Shown piece after piece: positions 13,088 through 27,095 of a stretch of DNA of 64,000 nucleotides (position 1 is its first letter; the number at the start of each line of letters is the position of its first letter). Where the stretch lies: assembly GCA_051362555.1 (NCBI GenBank), contig CM120646.1, positions 23,994,001-24,058,000 of the forward strand. The letters are read 5' to 3'. Under the pieces are notes generated by a model that had not been told where the DNA came from, searched no databases, and was given only the letters and a program-made list of their open reading frames with translations. Origin of the DNA: Lingula anatina (taxonomy: Eukaryota > Animalia > Brachiopoda). A program made the position numbers and the translations under genes.

Positions 13088-14692
13088 AAGACGCAAAAAT
13101 CATTTTCCGTAAATTATAATCTGTTGCCATCATCGAGACGTACAAAGAAAAATCAATTGAATTTGAAAGCGTCTGCAAATGTTGTTATTTTTTCCTGATA
13201 CTTTGGAATAAAAGCTTGATTATTTTTTCCACCCTATTTGTCTGACAGTACAGTGAAATGCTGGTAGACACTTTTATCGCCAGTCTAAAACCGTAAAAAA
13301 CATTTTTTTTTATTATTTGCCGTGATAGTTTCCATGACAAATAAGTGATTCATTCCAAAATGATGGTCTTTGTAAATTATCTTTTGTGCATTTTACACAA
13401 TTCTATTCTGAAATGATGGTTGGGAGATATTACAACTCCTGTTGAGGACGAAGTCACTGCATGTTTATCACTCCAAGAATATTTTCAAGAATATCTTTAT
13501 ACGTTACTTATTTCTTTCAAGACATTTATAAGTTCAGTTCCATTGACATTTGGTATACTATAAGAACTCTTACTGTATGATGTATCAGAAAGATTTTCTC
13601 TTTATACACAAATACTCATGTCGTCATGTATATGTCCAAAAGAAAACAATATGCAGATGACTGTCAAGTCTACGTATCGATGTCCTTCGCATATCTCGGC
13701 AACTGAAATAGCCCTAAGAGGTCCAATAAATCTGTTCAGAACACTATCACCCGACTAACCGATTTTACTGTTTTAAAAATATAAAAATTGTAAAATATTT
13801 CTTTTTGGGCATTTTAGACAATGCTTTTCTGAAATGATGATTGATACAAGGGTACACAGTAGCTGTATTGCATTTAGCGAGAGTCTCTGTGGATTGAATA
13901 TACATGTAGTTACGTAGTTTTGACCTGCTCGTTTATTTTTCCAGTGTTTATCCATATCACTCTTCAATTAGAAAAATCGACAGTACTTATCCACGAGTTT
14001 TAGGTTTGTTTTCCCTTGTAAAAATGGAATTCGATTAATTTGAGGGATTAAATAAATTTGAGGACAGAAAAATATCATTTTTCAAATTTTCAGTTTAAAC
14101 ACAGTAATCAAGCTCCCAAATATGGTTCTACGTTTGTGCCGCCATCTGCCGATACTCGATCTGATTGGCCAACTATCTCCTTAAATGTGGCACTAACTGT
14201 CAGCTGGAATATTTCATCAGACGCAACAGCCAAGGAAAGGTGTTTATGTATCTCTTATGTTACTCAAACTTTAACTTAACATCCGCACCATTCACAAAGA
14301 CAACATGGACTCTGCAGGGACGCTTGCTGACTGCAATCAGCTTAACTGAATGACCCGCCTCCTCCTAGCTTTAAGTAGAATACAGCAAGGCTGGTGATTA
14401 TACAAGTACTTTGAAAATAAGAGGAAGCTTGTCATTATGTTAGGCCTAGCAAGTGCTTCTGCAGAGTTGGGACTATCTCTTAGACCGATGGTATGTATGG
14501 GGACGGGATCAATATCTACCGTAGTTATTACATGGCGGTATCGTCATATCAAAGAATGCTGTTGTGTTTTCCACCACCGGTGTGCTATAGGAGTTTATGC
14601 ACATATACCTCACGGAAATACCATAACACTTTCATACCCTAAATTTACAAATTGACTACCTTGTATGAATATTAATGTGTGTATTTCAGAAA

Positions 14693-17449
14693 ATGTTTAT
14701 TGGAGTCGTGGCAATCCTGGTAACCGTCAGTCTGTCCTTCTTTCTTAGACCAGCGGACGCTGAATGCTGTCGTCCAGTTATCCCTGATCACTGCGGAGAC
14801 TGCAGCCGTGTAAGTTCCCAATCAAAAGTTGACATATAGATTTATTATAAATCGAATTACTGATTATTTTTACTTACTTTTGGCTGATAATTGTAAAATA
14901 CAGAAATGTTTTTCCCCTGATCTCTAATTATATGATGTAATTTCTCTGTACTTGAAATATACCAGGAAAAGCACATTGTTTTGGGAAAAACGTTGAAACA
15001 AAATCCAGATTTATTACTTAACACCAAAGAATGAAAAAGGCATCATTAACAAGTCAAATGTTTAGAGATACGAATGAGAATTGTTCAGTAGAGTTTCATT
15101 GCACCTGTGATTCAAAAACAAAGTATTTCTTCAGAAAAGTTGTTATAAAAAATCTTTTAACCCACGTATAGAATGACAATAACAAACAAAGCGTGTGCTC
15201 ACACTGGGAACAAATTACCGTAATAACTGATACCATGTTTCATTCATTTTAAAACTATAAAGTCAAATTTTAACACTTATCATTTTTAAGAATAACAATA
15301 GAAGGTACAATGCAGTATATAATACGACATGCTTATTTGGAAGCTTGATATTGTAGCTGGTTTTAGAACAAATGGGATAGCAAAGTGTATATGGATTTTG
15401 ACAATTTCTTAAACTTGTCACAACTTCAGATCTTTCAAAAGAATTGGTATGCTACATTCATCATGGTACATGTACTATACACACCGCACCATCAAAATAC
15501 CATAGCAACACGTCCTTAGAGTAAAATTGCTTTGTTTAACAAAGTAGACCCAATTGAATGAAGCCATCGTAATGCACAGAGTGTTCAAGTTGCATTTCTT
15601 TAATATGTTTTCCAGTGAAACAGTGTCAGTTTGATCAAATAATGACAATTCTCCTTTTGTTTCAGACATTGTATGCTTGTGGTGTAGGGGAATGTGATAG
15701 ACTCGGTTGTAACTGTGTAGGAGGCTGCAGATCCGGTTGCTCGAATGTGAGATATTCCGGATTTTGGCTGTAAGAAACAGCTTTTTGCTCCGTCTAATAA
15801 TGTGTCTAATTATCCGAGCTATTAAAACAATTCAATATTAGAACCAAATTTTACCCAACATGATTTTAATTTATCAACTACTTTACAATAATGGTGGGTG
15901 GAAGAAAGCAGTGCAAAAAAAAGAAAAACCATATATAATTAATGTTTGTTGATTTAAATAGAAGACAAGGAAAGAAACGGACACCGAATAGTCAAATTGT
16001 CACCAAAATAGCTTCATTATTATCATTTATGCATTGCAAAAATATATACAATTTTATCATTTCGTTTTCATTTATAATAGTAGCCGAGGCTGCAAGTGCA
16101 ACCGCAAGAGGTCCGCGAATGCAGGTGTAGATTACAGCATTGACGCTAGGGTAGTATTCAGTAACACTGATACAGACAGGTAAGTGATGTAGGTGTAGAT
16201 TACAGCATTGACGCTAGTGTAGTATTCAATAACACTGATACAGACAGGTAAGTGATGTAGGTGTAGATTACAGCATTGACGCCAGTGTAGTATTCAATAA
16301 CACTGATACAGACAGGTATGTGATGTAGGTGTGGATTACAGCACTGACGCCAGTGTAGTATTCAATAACACTGATGCAGACAGGTATGTGATGTAGGTGT
16401 GGATTACAGCACTGACGCTAGTGTAGTATTCAGTAACACTGATACAGACAGGTAAGTAATGTAAGTGTAGATTACAGCATTGACGCTAGTGTAGTATTCA
16501 GTAACACTGATACAGACAGGTAAGTAATGTAAGTGTATAATACAGCATTGACGCTAGTGTAGTGTTCAGTAACACTGATACAGACAGGTAAGTGATGTAG
16601 GTGTGGATTACAGCATTGACGCAAGTGTAGTATTCAGTAACACTGATTTAGACAGGTAAGTGATGTAGGTGTGGATTACAGCATTGACGCTAGTGTAGTA
16701 TTCAGTAACACTGATACAGACAGGTAAGTAAAGTAAGTGTAGATTACAGCATTGACGCTAGTGTAGTGTTCAGTAACACTGATACAGACAGGTAAGTAAT
16801 GTAAGTGTAGATTACAGCATTGACGCTAGTGTAGTATTCAGTAATACTGATACAGACAGGTAAGTGATGTAAGTGTAGATTACAGCATTGACGCTAGTGT
16901 AGTATTCGGTAACACTGATACAGACAGGTAAGTGATGTAGGTGTGGATTACAGCATTGAAACTAGTGTATTATTCTGTAATTCTGATGTGGACCGGTAAT
17001 TGACGATAGTGTACATCGAGTTATGTAAAGTTACATACAAGTTAAAATTGGATTTGCAAACAAGTAATTTGTGAGTGTATATTCAGTTGTAGATTTATAG
17101 TATAGTATTTCTGCACAACAAATAGGTTTTTACATTATCTGTTAAATAAACTCAATTTTAACAGATGGTTACCGTTATTTTGGAGTTACAGCGTCAAAAT
17201 AATCGGGTAGTGTTCTTATCATTATCTTTACATGTAAGTAACATCAAGCCATTAAGACAAGAGTTTCAGTAGAACGGCATATTTTGATCATATCATTACA
17301 GAAATGAGCGGCTGTCTAGAAATGAATACATTCGTGCTGCAATGAACCTGAACAGGAACACAAGAGCTGAGGACATCCATGCTGAATTTATGGAAAAAGA
17401 CAAAAATGGCGACGACATGATCAGTTTGGATGAATTTGACTCAAAATAG
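14693..17449 (+). CDS. Mytimycin-like precursor, copy C (exons 14693-14809, 15666-15769, 16081-16179, 17302-17449)
   Basis: MFIGVVAILVTVSLSFFLRPADA|ECCRPVIPDHCGDCSRTLYACGVGECDRLGCNCVGGCRSGCSNVRYSGFWLSRGCKCN-RKR-...DTDRNERLSRNEY...DKNGDDMISLDEFDSK*; TAGTAG tandem acceptor at exon 3. Confidence 0.9.
16127..17002 (+). repeat. 68-bp donor-site tandem array (~13 units), copy C
   Basis: Same unit as 6850-7385; last unit degenerate and homologous to the last unit in copy B. Confidence 0.95.
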
Positions 17450-18418
17450 TGAATGAACTGGCAAAACTGACTTGATGTTAAAATAATAGGATTCATATAG
17501 GCCTTTAAAGATAAACCCAACTGAGTTTGAAAAGCACAAGCAAATGTTTTTCAATGTTTTTTATCTTGTTTGATGTTTTCAACATATATTTTTGACAGTA
17601 CCAAATAATGCTGGGCGACGTTTAGTCTCCATTCCCAGTATAAAAACATAATTACATTTTAATTGCCATTTGTCGTGACAGTGGTTTGATAAAAGGGTTC
17701 ATCATTTCAGAGAAGGATTATTCAAATGGCATAGATGAAATTAGCAGACAACAACATAACGTTAGGGTCACACAGTCTGGAAAAGTAGTCTAACCCGTAG
17801 CATACATTTATAAAATACCTGTATGATGGCAATATAAAAATTCTGAAACGTGCCATTTCAACGTTCGAAACATTTCAGTGAAGGGCTGGTATAAATTTGT
17901 CTTGTTATTATTAATGACCAAACGTAATTTCTCCCAGGCCGTTAAATGTCAATTTCAACAATATTCACCAATTATACGACGCCGAGAAATAAAACCCAAT
18001 ATGGAGATGATACATGAAGCATGTATATTTCGTCATTATATAAATTACGGTCAGTAAAGCCTCGGTCACAACCGGCCGCACCGGCTCTTACGGGCTGTTT
18101 GCGTCCAAAATTTACGCAGAAATTCATGTCCCACGCAATGCCTTCTTACGAAATTGCGAGATCGCAGACAGCCCGTAAGCACGTACGGAAGATGTTGGAC
18201 ATGTCGACACCAATAGCCTGCGAACAGCGAAGCCGCAAGCGTAACTTGCTCCCTTCGTACGGAGTTAGCAAGAGGGATGCACGTTTTGCAAGAAGCACGT
18301 CGCAAGCAATAAAGGAGCAAGTGCCCTATGCGTGCTGAGAAAGGCGCACGCCCTCACAACTAACGATCAAAGTCGATAGCACACCGGGAATGCGTGCGTC
18401 ACCCCCATACCACGCCTG

Positions 18419-19145
18419 GCCCCCGTTTCACAAAGAATCTTAAATCCGTAGTCGACTAGCTCGAGCTGGGTGGCCTAGCTAGGTCGACTTAGCTGAAGTC
18501 GACTAGGAGTGTTTCACAAAGAATCTAACGTCTTAGCTTGGTGTGCTTACCGTAGTCGACGCGCACGAGAAACTCTTCAAGAAAAGGAGGTGTAAAATTG
18601 CAAAAGTTTCACATGACGTTTCATGGCCTCTTTCGGCCGAGAACGATCGTTTATCAACAATAAAAGTCTGCCAAAACACAAACAAAGTTTGTTTTTGAAC
18701 TTTATTGATTAGTTTAACTTCAATACAACTTCAAAGTAACAGTTAAACATTAGCTTGTCGTGGGACACTACTGAGGGACGTCTAGCGGTCAAAAACATAA
18801 ACAAACACGCGATCGGCTGGGTAAAGTGGAATTTTATTTTTTATTTTAATATTCCATAAATGTCAGTGCTATTCAAGGATATTATAACACAAAATCTTGA
18901 AGGAGGTATGTTCTTTCCAAATTTTTGTTGTTTATGCTCTCATTTACCGAGTTTTAGTTGAGCTTGCCGACTTGTCTCCTCCCGAGGAGGCTTGACATCG
19001 TCGACTTACAGCTAAGAAAAAAACGACGTAAGCGACCTTTTAGATTCTTTGTGTAACGGGACTTAGTGACGTAACGGCTTAATTACGTTGGTAACCAAGC
19101 CCTAAGTCAGGGAAACCGACTTAAGTTTTTTTGTGAAACGGGGGC
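18419..19145. mobile_element. Harbinger-type MITE (CTG TSD)
   Basis: CTG|GCCCCCGTTTCACAA ... TTGTGAAACGGGGGC|CTG. Confidence 0.85.
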
Positions 19146-19374
19146 CTGGTGTATAAAAGGCGTGCTCACGACGCACGCTCGTGTCTTTACAATGAACGTC
19201 GACTGTGTAACGTGTACAACAATTTTCAAAATTTTCAAACTTTTGCTCAATTCAGTTTCTAATATGGCTCCAAAAGGCAAGAGAAAGAAGCTTAGGCTAC
19301 ATAGTAGAAAAAAAGGGAGGAGGAAGAAGAAAGAAGAGGAGAACAGGAAGCAAAACTGACGTACGCCATCAGTA

Positions 19375-22300
19375 GGGGAGACCGGGGCTAGTTGGCCCAG
19401 TTAGACACTTCTGACCTTGTAGAGCCAACTAGGAATGGGTTAGAGTAACAAAACCGGTTTCAAAGTAAGCCCCATGAACTAAGCTACGTATGCAACGCCA
19501 TTATTTTTCAAATTTAATGCCAGATGGCTCAAAATTTGACAAAAAACGCTGTTGACGTCAAGGGGGCCAACTTGCCCCGTGGCGGGGCAAGTTGGCCCCC
19601 CTATACGAAAATGAAGTATATATCCCATGTCAACGCCTTGAAATACATTTTTATACATTTTTAATTTATTAAATTGATTTTTTAGTCTTTGATGAATAAA
19701 TAGTTCAAACGAGGCAGATTTATTGAGGTTTCCGTACGTCACGTTGTGGGGGGGGGGGGGGGGGTATGTGTTGCAAGAGCCAAAAAATCTATCAATAGAA
19801 TTTGTTTTGCTTTAATTAAGAATAAATTAATAATGTTATAAAGCAGGTTTTTAATGAATGAAAACGAATAATAAATTTACGTTTTAAAAGAAAGTAACAA
19901 ATTCAGTTTTAAACCATTGAGTTTGTTTTAACAATGGGAGGGATGGAAAATCCCCTTGGGGCCACATATAACACTATAAATACAATAAAATCACCTTACA
20001 ATGAATTAAGGCAAAATAAATGTTTTTCTAAGGAAAGTCCAATGGATTTGCTTTCTAATACATACAATCAACAGAACATTTCTAATATAAATTTTCGAAA
20101 AGACACCAGAGAGCAAATTAAAAAAAAAAAAATCAATCAGACGGTAAACACCGACAAGCTTTGTCAATTTCACCAACTTGTTTATTTCAAGAAATTACAA
20201 CTTCTTGTTTATTTCAAACAGCGTTGAGCGCAAAGGATTGTGGGTAATATGAGGGTCCAACTTGCCCCGAGTCAAGGGAGTGTAGAGCCGCATTTTGCAA
20301 CCGACCGCATTTTGCAACCGGTTGCAAAATGCGTTCAGTTGCAAAATGCGGTCCTACTAAGTAGAGCCGCATTTTGCAACTGAACGCATTTTGCAACTCC
20401 AACGCATTTTGCAACCAAAGAAAACCGTGAAAACGCATTTTGCAACTGCAACGCATTTTGCAACCAGGATTTTTTTCTAAGTCCCTGAAACAGCTTGAAG
20501 TACGAGACAGGTAGAATTGGAGTGGGGACGGGTTTGCTTCTACTATGTATGCTGAAACTGGCCAGGCTGCCCCTGGGGTGGACGATAATATAAAACTTAT
20601 TTCACGTTGTAATTTCCTAATCCATTAGTGTTAGGAAGTCTAAACGTTAATAAACATTTTTTTAGGCATGTCCATGGGATTTCGGATTTTTTTAATTGGG
20701 GGTGTGGCCGTCCCTAGGGGTGGTTGATTGTACTTTTTACTTCGTATTTTTCTCCTATCTACCCTTATATCTTCAGAATTAGGAAATAAAAACGTTGGGG
20801 ATTAATAAACTATCGTAAGAAATATGCATGGGCACTTCGGAAATTTATTGTGACATGGGTGTGGTTGTCCCTGGGGGTGGTTGATTCTAATTTTACAACG
20901 TATCTTCTGCTATCTACCCATTGTATCGGCCATTTGAGTTAAAACATGAAACGTAGCTACAGTATCATTTGGGATGTTGAAGGGCATTTAATTTTTTTTT
21001 TTGACTTAGGTTGTGGTCCTGGGGGTGGTTGAATACAATTAGACGTTGTAATTTCTGCTATCTACCTTTAGACCATATAAGTTAGGAACGGAAGGCTATG
21101 GGGATTGAAAACATGTCTTTAGGGATATGTATGGATCCTTCTGCGTTTTTGATGGGTGTGGCCGTCCCTGGGGGTGGCTGATTCTATTTTTGCACCGTTA
21201 TTTCTACTATCTACTCTTAGAGTTAGGAACTTGAAACGTTGGGGATTGATAAACCAGTCACTTTTTATGAATGTGCATGGGTCTTTGAGGAATGTAGAGA
21301 ACAGCAGCAGCGCACATAGCACTAAACGGACTTACAGTCATAGGCATGAATATAGGTCAAGGAATCCAGTTAAAGCTGCTCCTTTTGATCCATGCCAACC
21401 ATAAGGCCCTACACACTCGGAAATCCTGGCATTCAACTAGCCGTTGTGTCTTAATACGAAACAAACATGTTAATTAATCATAAATAGTAATTAGCATGTG
21501 TGTTGCTATACAGAGGCTATGCACAAAGATTCTTGAAAGTATGGGGTCTTGCATGGGTTTTTAATTAACTTGACCTACATCCAAGCACACCGCTAAAGGT
21601 CTGTTATTAAGTGCTGTCTGCTGCTTTCTTTGCATTCACCTTCATTCTTAACTCGAAGACCGCTTTCAGATTCACACATCCTACTAGCTGGGTCGGTCCA
21701 ACTCTGCAGGGGATCTCACTTAAGTGCAATCAGTGGAATCAGCTTAATTGTCTGACATGCCACCAATCACCCCATCCCCTGAGGGACAGTCACACCCAAA
21801 GTCACACTAAAATTCCCCTGTACCCATGCACCAAAGACTCATGTTCCTAACTCGAATGGTCGAGAAAGAGATGACAGAAATTACGGTGAAAATATTACAG
21901 TCAAGTAACCATCCCCAGGGACGGCCACTCCCCAAGTCACCAAAAATTCCGTTGTGCCCAAGCACATCTCTAACGATCTCAACCACCCCAGAGAAAAACA
22001 CACCCCAACTCCCCAAAAATCTGAAGTGCCCACGCACATTTCTTACGATGATGTATTAATCCCCAACGCTTTTATTTCCTAATTCTAAAGATATAAGGGT
22101 AGATAACAGAAAATACAATGTAAAATTACAATCAACCACCCCTAGGGACGGCCACACCCCTATGTACATGCCTAACAATATCTTTATTATTCCCTGACGT
22201 TTCAACTTCCTAACCCTAATGGTATAAGAAATTACAATGTGAAATAGATTATATATTTTCCCCGCCCTAGAGGCAACCTGACCAGTTTCAGCGTACCTCG

Positions 22301-22945
22301 TCGAAGCAAACCCGTCCCCACTCCATTTCTACCTGTTTCGTACCTCAAACTGTTTTAGAAACTTAGAAAAAAATCCTGGTTGCAAAATGCGTTGCAGTTG
22401 CAAAATGCGTTTTCACGATTTTCTTTGGTTGCAAAATGCGTTGCAGTTGCAAAATGCGTTCAGTTGCAAAATGCGGCTCTACTTAGTAGGACCGCATTTT
22501 GCAACTGAACGCATTTTGCAACCGGTTGCAAAATGCGGTCGGTTGCAAAATGCGGCTCTACAGGGGCCAACTAGCCCCGGGTGCACATTATTTATTTTAA
22601 GGGATGGCAGCCATTTATGGTGCTAGAATGCGCAACGATGATACATCTCTGTAAAACTTGAAACAATGAGCTTCAGTTTGATGCCCTATACATATCTTAT
22701 ATTCGATCAAAAGCCTATGAAAATAGATTTTTAAATCTCTTAAACAAAATTACTTTTAGGTGCAAAAATAGTTTATTTGGACTCATCGCTTAATTAAAAC
22801 TTTTTAACGGCCGACACTTCCTTAGCATTGTAGGCTACGGTTACTTTACAAGAGTATGTGGCCAATTTCTTTACCTCGTAGTTACTTTTTCATAAAATGA
22901 CGGGGGGCCAACTTACCCCGGGGTCCAACTAACCCCGGTCTCCCC
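19375..22945. mobile_element. TA-flanked MITE (Tc1/mariner-pogo type), interrupted by a further insertion
   Basis: TA|GGGGAGACCGGGGCTAGTTGG ... CCAACTAACCCCGGTCTCCCC|TA; internal copies of the GGGGCCAACTTGCCCC motif. Confidence 0.8.
20281..22562. mobile_element. Foldback element with TGT...ACA termini and modular long inverted arms (Ginger-like ends)
   Basis: TGTAGAGCCGCATTTTGCAACCG ... CGGTTGCAAAATGCGGCTCTACA; near-identical outer ~200 bp built of GCATTTTGCAAC units, with looser inverted similarity further in; flanks GGAG/GGGG (imperfect 4-bp TSD). Confidence 0.8.
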
Positions 22946-24157
22946 TACGTCACCACAAACGTGTGAGGCAAGTGTGAAGCAAAACTGACGCAAAAGGGCA
23001 CTAGTTTCGCCGTGCGTTGCATTCCCTACGTAAGTGGTGAGTGTGTTCCACGTACACAGGAAGCAAGACAAACTCAAGAAATGAGTACAATTTCTACAGC
23101 CATCGCTCCTTGCAATTAGCGTCCCTGCTTGAAAGGACATCTCATGTGGCCCTTGCGACTCTACCTCTACGACCTCCACGGCCTCCGCAACACCCAAAAA
23201 TCGCAGGGGACGTACAGGTACGATCCCGAAATTCTTGCGTCCGGCTGTGACCGAGGCTTAATGTACCCCTGTATAAGCTACACGCACAGCTGCAGACCTG
23301 ATAGTTTGACTATACAGAAAATATGTTTGTGTGACAATATCGATCATACTGTCCCTTGGCATTGATTATCATAACTTAATAACTTTATTTATGGCACAAC
23401 ATATGGTGAATATCAACGATGCATTAGATGTGCTGCGGATCCGTATTTTTCTGAATCACATTGCAACCAACGCCAACAACATCAATATTATAAATAAAAA
23501 CAAATTGTTTGTCAAACAAACTGAAAATAATTGACATTAAAATAACAAAGACAAAATTCATAGAAAAGCAAAACAAGAAATCAAAACCCTCGACCACAAC
23601 TGCTCCTAAACCGACAAAATTAAGCACCAGCAATGATACTGGTATTAATAATAGACACAATTTCCAGTAAATACGTACAGAAATGTTATCTTAAGTAGAA
23701 GACTTTGAAGACCACAACAAAGATATCCACAACAGCAGTTGCAACTAGATCCTCATAACCATTGACCATTAAAAAAAAAATAATAATAATAAATAATAAT
23801 AAGAAAAAAAGAAAAGAAAAGAAAAAGACGACATCAAACACACTGACGACTACAAACTTGCGACATGAATATCTGACAGGCAAAGAATAATTAAAAATTG
23901 TTTCAATCTGTTTCTTTCAGAGATACATTAGTTGCGTCTATGCAAGAAATGGTATTAATATGTCTCAACGAACTGCAGACTGCTGTGCCCAAAACTTCAT
24001 TTAAAAATTACACATTTTTGTTTAAGTAAAAACCATATTCTTATAGTTTCGTCGGCAAATAAAACTTGTGTTGAAGCTCTTTAAGCTATTTTTTGTCTAT
24101 ACAATATACGGACATTCCAGTATATTTGATCTACTCTCCCAACGACGGCTCCCTTAA

Positions 24158-24493
24158 AGGGATAATAACTCTTCGTGTGAGATCTATATTTCACAATAAA
24201 AACATTGTGAATAACTCATAGAAATATAATATATTCTGTTTTACTACAAAAACGGCCGTTATACAAATGTAGCTATTATTCTGATATCTGAGCTTGTCTT
24301 TAGACCATGTGACCTCCATTGATGGTTATACTCTTAAGAGATTTTAACAAAAAACCAAACTTTTTAGAAAAAAAAAAACAGGGACTAACTTTAAATGTAA
24401 AAATGGAATCATTAGCCATTGGTAAGAATGGGAAAATTGTTGTTTACTCCAGGAAAATTCATTTTTTGGCCGAAACGAAGAGTTATCATCCCT
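24158..24493. mobile_element. TTAA-flanked MITE (Kolobok-like), copy 1
   Basis: TTAA|AGGGATAATAACTCTT ... AAGAGTTATCATCCCT|TTAA; near-identical copy at 49616-49953. Confidence 0.85.
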
Positions 24494-25202
24494 TTAAATG
24501 ATGAACGGAATCCAAATGACCTATTATATGGATAATTATCTTCTGCCACTGAGACCTGTATATAGACGAACTGACTAAAGATTTTAATGATGGTAACAGT
24601 AGACACCCAGCTTCTAACATTGACATAAAAAGCGGTGTGGTGTTGCTGACTTTTGATAAAAAGCATTGCATCCAACAAGCTACGTAAATAGAAAAAAATG
24701 CATGAGAATGTCTGTGAATTACTGTAGATTATATTGAAATATTTCCTTTATTAAAATCAAAGTTCAATGTCAGTAAATATAAGGAGCACAATCATATTAC
24801 ATATTCAACTACATGTAGCTCAAGGATTGGCGTAAAATCTTGTGCTTTACACTCTATACATAGCTCCCAGTGAGGATCTCTTCTGTACTCTTTACGTTTT
24901 AAGTACATGCAGATTACACTGATGACGCCCAATTCTTTTTATTGATGCATTTGTCAAACCCCGCCTTGGTAATTACTGCAATACCACAGTTAGTTCAAAA
25001 CTGTGTTATCTGACTTTCAAAACAGACAGGTTTGACCCTGCAACTCGTATTACATGTACAGTAGTTTCCATCATCTCATGGGCAATTCATTAAAACACAT
25101 ATTGATCTTCAACTTTAAAAGTAGAAAACATTAAGTAGTAGAACACTATTTAATCTATTTCATTACATCTAAGGGCGTTGTTATGTTTCCCGCTATCGTC
25201 AT

Positions 25203-26040
25203 GTACAAAGGGCTGACAAAAATATTGCACCATTTTGTTTTAAGGTAAACAAAAGCTGGATTTGTTAGGTTTTCAATTAGCATTTTAATTATTGGCAGTT
25301 ATATCAACCTGTTAATGCATTGATGGTAAATGCCACTTTTGGACAGCTCTGGTCCTCTAGAGTGCAGCGTTATTATCTTGGGAAATGAACGGATGACTCC
25401 AGTCACCAAATATGTTTTTTACAAATGATAAAGGAGATGGTCCAGAATTTTAATGGTGCGCACGTGGTTCAGGTTTCCATACATCAACCTTAGTTCACAA
25501 ATTTCTTAGAAACTAATGCAGCTAAAAAACCATAATTGAAGTGGGTTGCCAAGCGAGAGAATGCATGTTCTCTGGCACATATAGAAAAGTCTCACTTCCA
25601 AATCCAGTCGTCAAAATTGAGTATGGACTTTTCAGAAAATACAAAATGGCGCCAGTTCTGACCTGCGGTCCATGATACGTTTCTTGCAGACCATACCCCT
25701 CTTCTTCATCTGTTACATGATGATGAGTAGTTTCCTCTTGTCAACCCTGGTTTGAATTCCTGTGGCATGGAGCGTTCTTGAACAGTTCTTTTGCTAACCT
25801 CAATCCACAATTTCTGCAAAGCTAATCGCTGGACGGTTCAAATCTCCTGTGACTTGACAACATAGAAAGACGCCTGTTGTCTCTGACACTAGTCGTTATC
25901 GGACAGTCACTGTTTTTGCTTATGGTTTCAACAGTGTCCTCCATCCCTCTTCAAACCCTATATACAGTCTGACCAGATGCATCATATCTCGTGACTCTCT
26001 GGAGGACATCTATACCCTCCTCTCTCGAATATACTGTACA
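25203..26040. mobile_element. Possible decayed Tc1-like fragment
   Basis: Starts TACAAAGGGCTGACAAAAATATTGCACCA, resembling Tc1-family termini; absent from the paralogous intergenic blocks; no matching right end found. Confidence 0.3.
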
Positions 26041-26158
26041 TTTTTTTTCTTCTTTTATTTGTGAATTACTGAATATTCACTATAGTAGATAATTGACAGT
26101 CAGAAGGGCGTTACACCTTCAGTGAAACCCTATAAGCTGTAGTGCACATGGATGAATA

Positions 26159-26379
26159 TTAGACAGCATTCCCATAGATTAAGATCGATCCATCCAGATC
26201 GACCTAACTCCCTGGGGGTTCACGCTAAATTGCTGTCAGCCGAGTGCGCATGGTAATTAATTACCCCTTACAGCTTTTACTAGGCAGGGCAGACATTTAA
26301 GCCGGCTAAGCTGACAGTAATCTGGTGAGACTCCCCACAGGGATAGATCGATCTAAAATCTGTGGGAATGGGGTCTAAG
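26159..26379. mobile_element. Short hairpin MITE
   Basis: TTAGACAGCATTCCCATAGATT ... AATCTGTGGGAATGGGGTCTAA imperfect inverted ends. Confidence 0.55.
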
Positions 26380-27095
26380 TCATTGTTTAAATGAACAATA
26401 AACTGCAAATCACTTTTTTACCAACTGGTTCCCCCGTCACATAGCACCCTATTCACACCGATAGTGCAATAGTTTTGTCACCCTCTGTATATTATAAACA
26501 ACACACATTCCTACAAACCTGATCTGATTGGCTGGTTACCCCAATAAACCTGTCACTTACTGCTGACTGAACCATTGCATCAGATGCAACTGTCAAGGTA
26601 AGGTGTTAAGGTCTTTCTAATGTGGTACATTATTTAAACTTAGCGTAAAACCTACCGATATTTATTTAATTCTCTAAGCGCTATCATTACATAGGAGTGT
26701 ATTGTCATGTTTTCTGTTATAGATTGTAGTTTTGCTTTCTGTTACAGTAAGTTGTCATGTTGTCCTTTTATAGTGTGTTGTCGTGTTGTCAGTTATATTA
26801 TGTAGTGATGTTTCCTGTTATAGCATGTTGTTATATTTTCCTTTCTAGCATGTTGTCTTATTTTGTTACGTTTAACAGTAATGTTTTTTGTTATGGTATG
26901 CTTTCATGCTTTCTTGTATATTATGCGGGGATGTTTTCTGTTAGGGTACTCTATTATTATATGCTGTCATGATTTCTGCTACCGGTACGGTATACGTCGA
27001 GTAAATCCCAAGACTAGTTCACATTTAAACTCTTACTTTAGAAAGTGACTTTTATATAAATGACTTTATTAATGTAAATGCGTTTATTATAGAAA

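Larger units (their letters stand above)
18058..23258. mobile_element. Non-autonomous PIF/Harbinger-like element (TAA TSD), host of three nested insertions
   Basis: TAA|AGCCTCGGTCACAACCGG ... CCGGCTGTGACCGAGGCT|TAA; the empty site GGTCAGTCATGTACCCCTGTA is seen in the paralogous region at ~29167. Confidence 0.85.

Noticed and set aside
26757-27048. Hydrophobic Cys/Tyr-rich ORFs upstream of copies B, D and E (also 32988-33314)
   Set aside because: Low-complexity TGTT-rich sequence of the shared 5' intron; frames are not conserved across copies.
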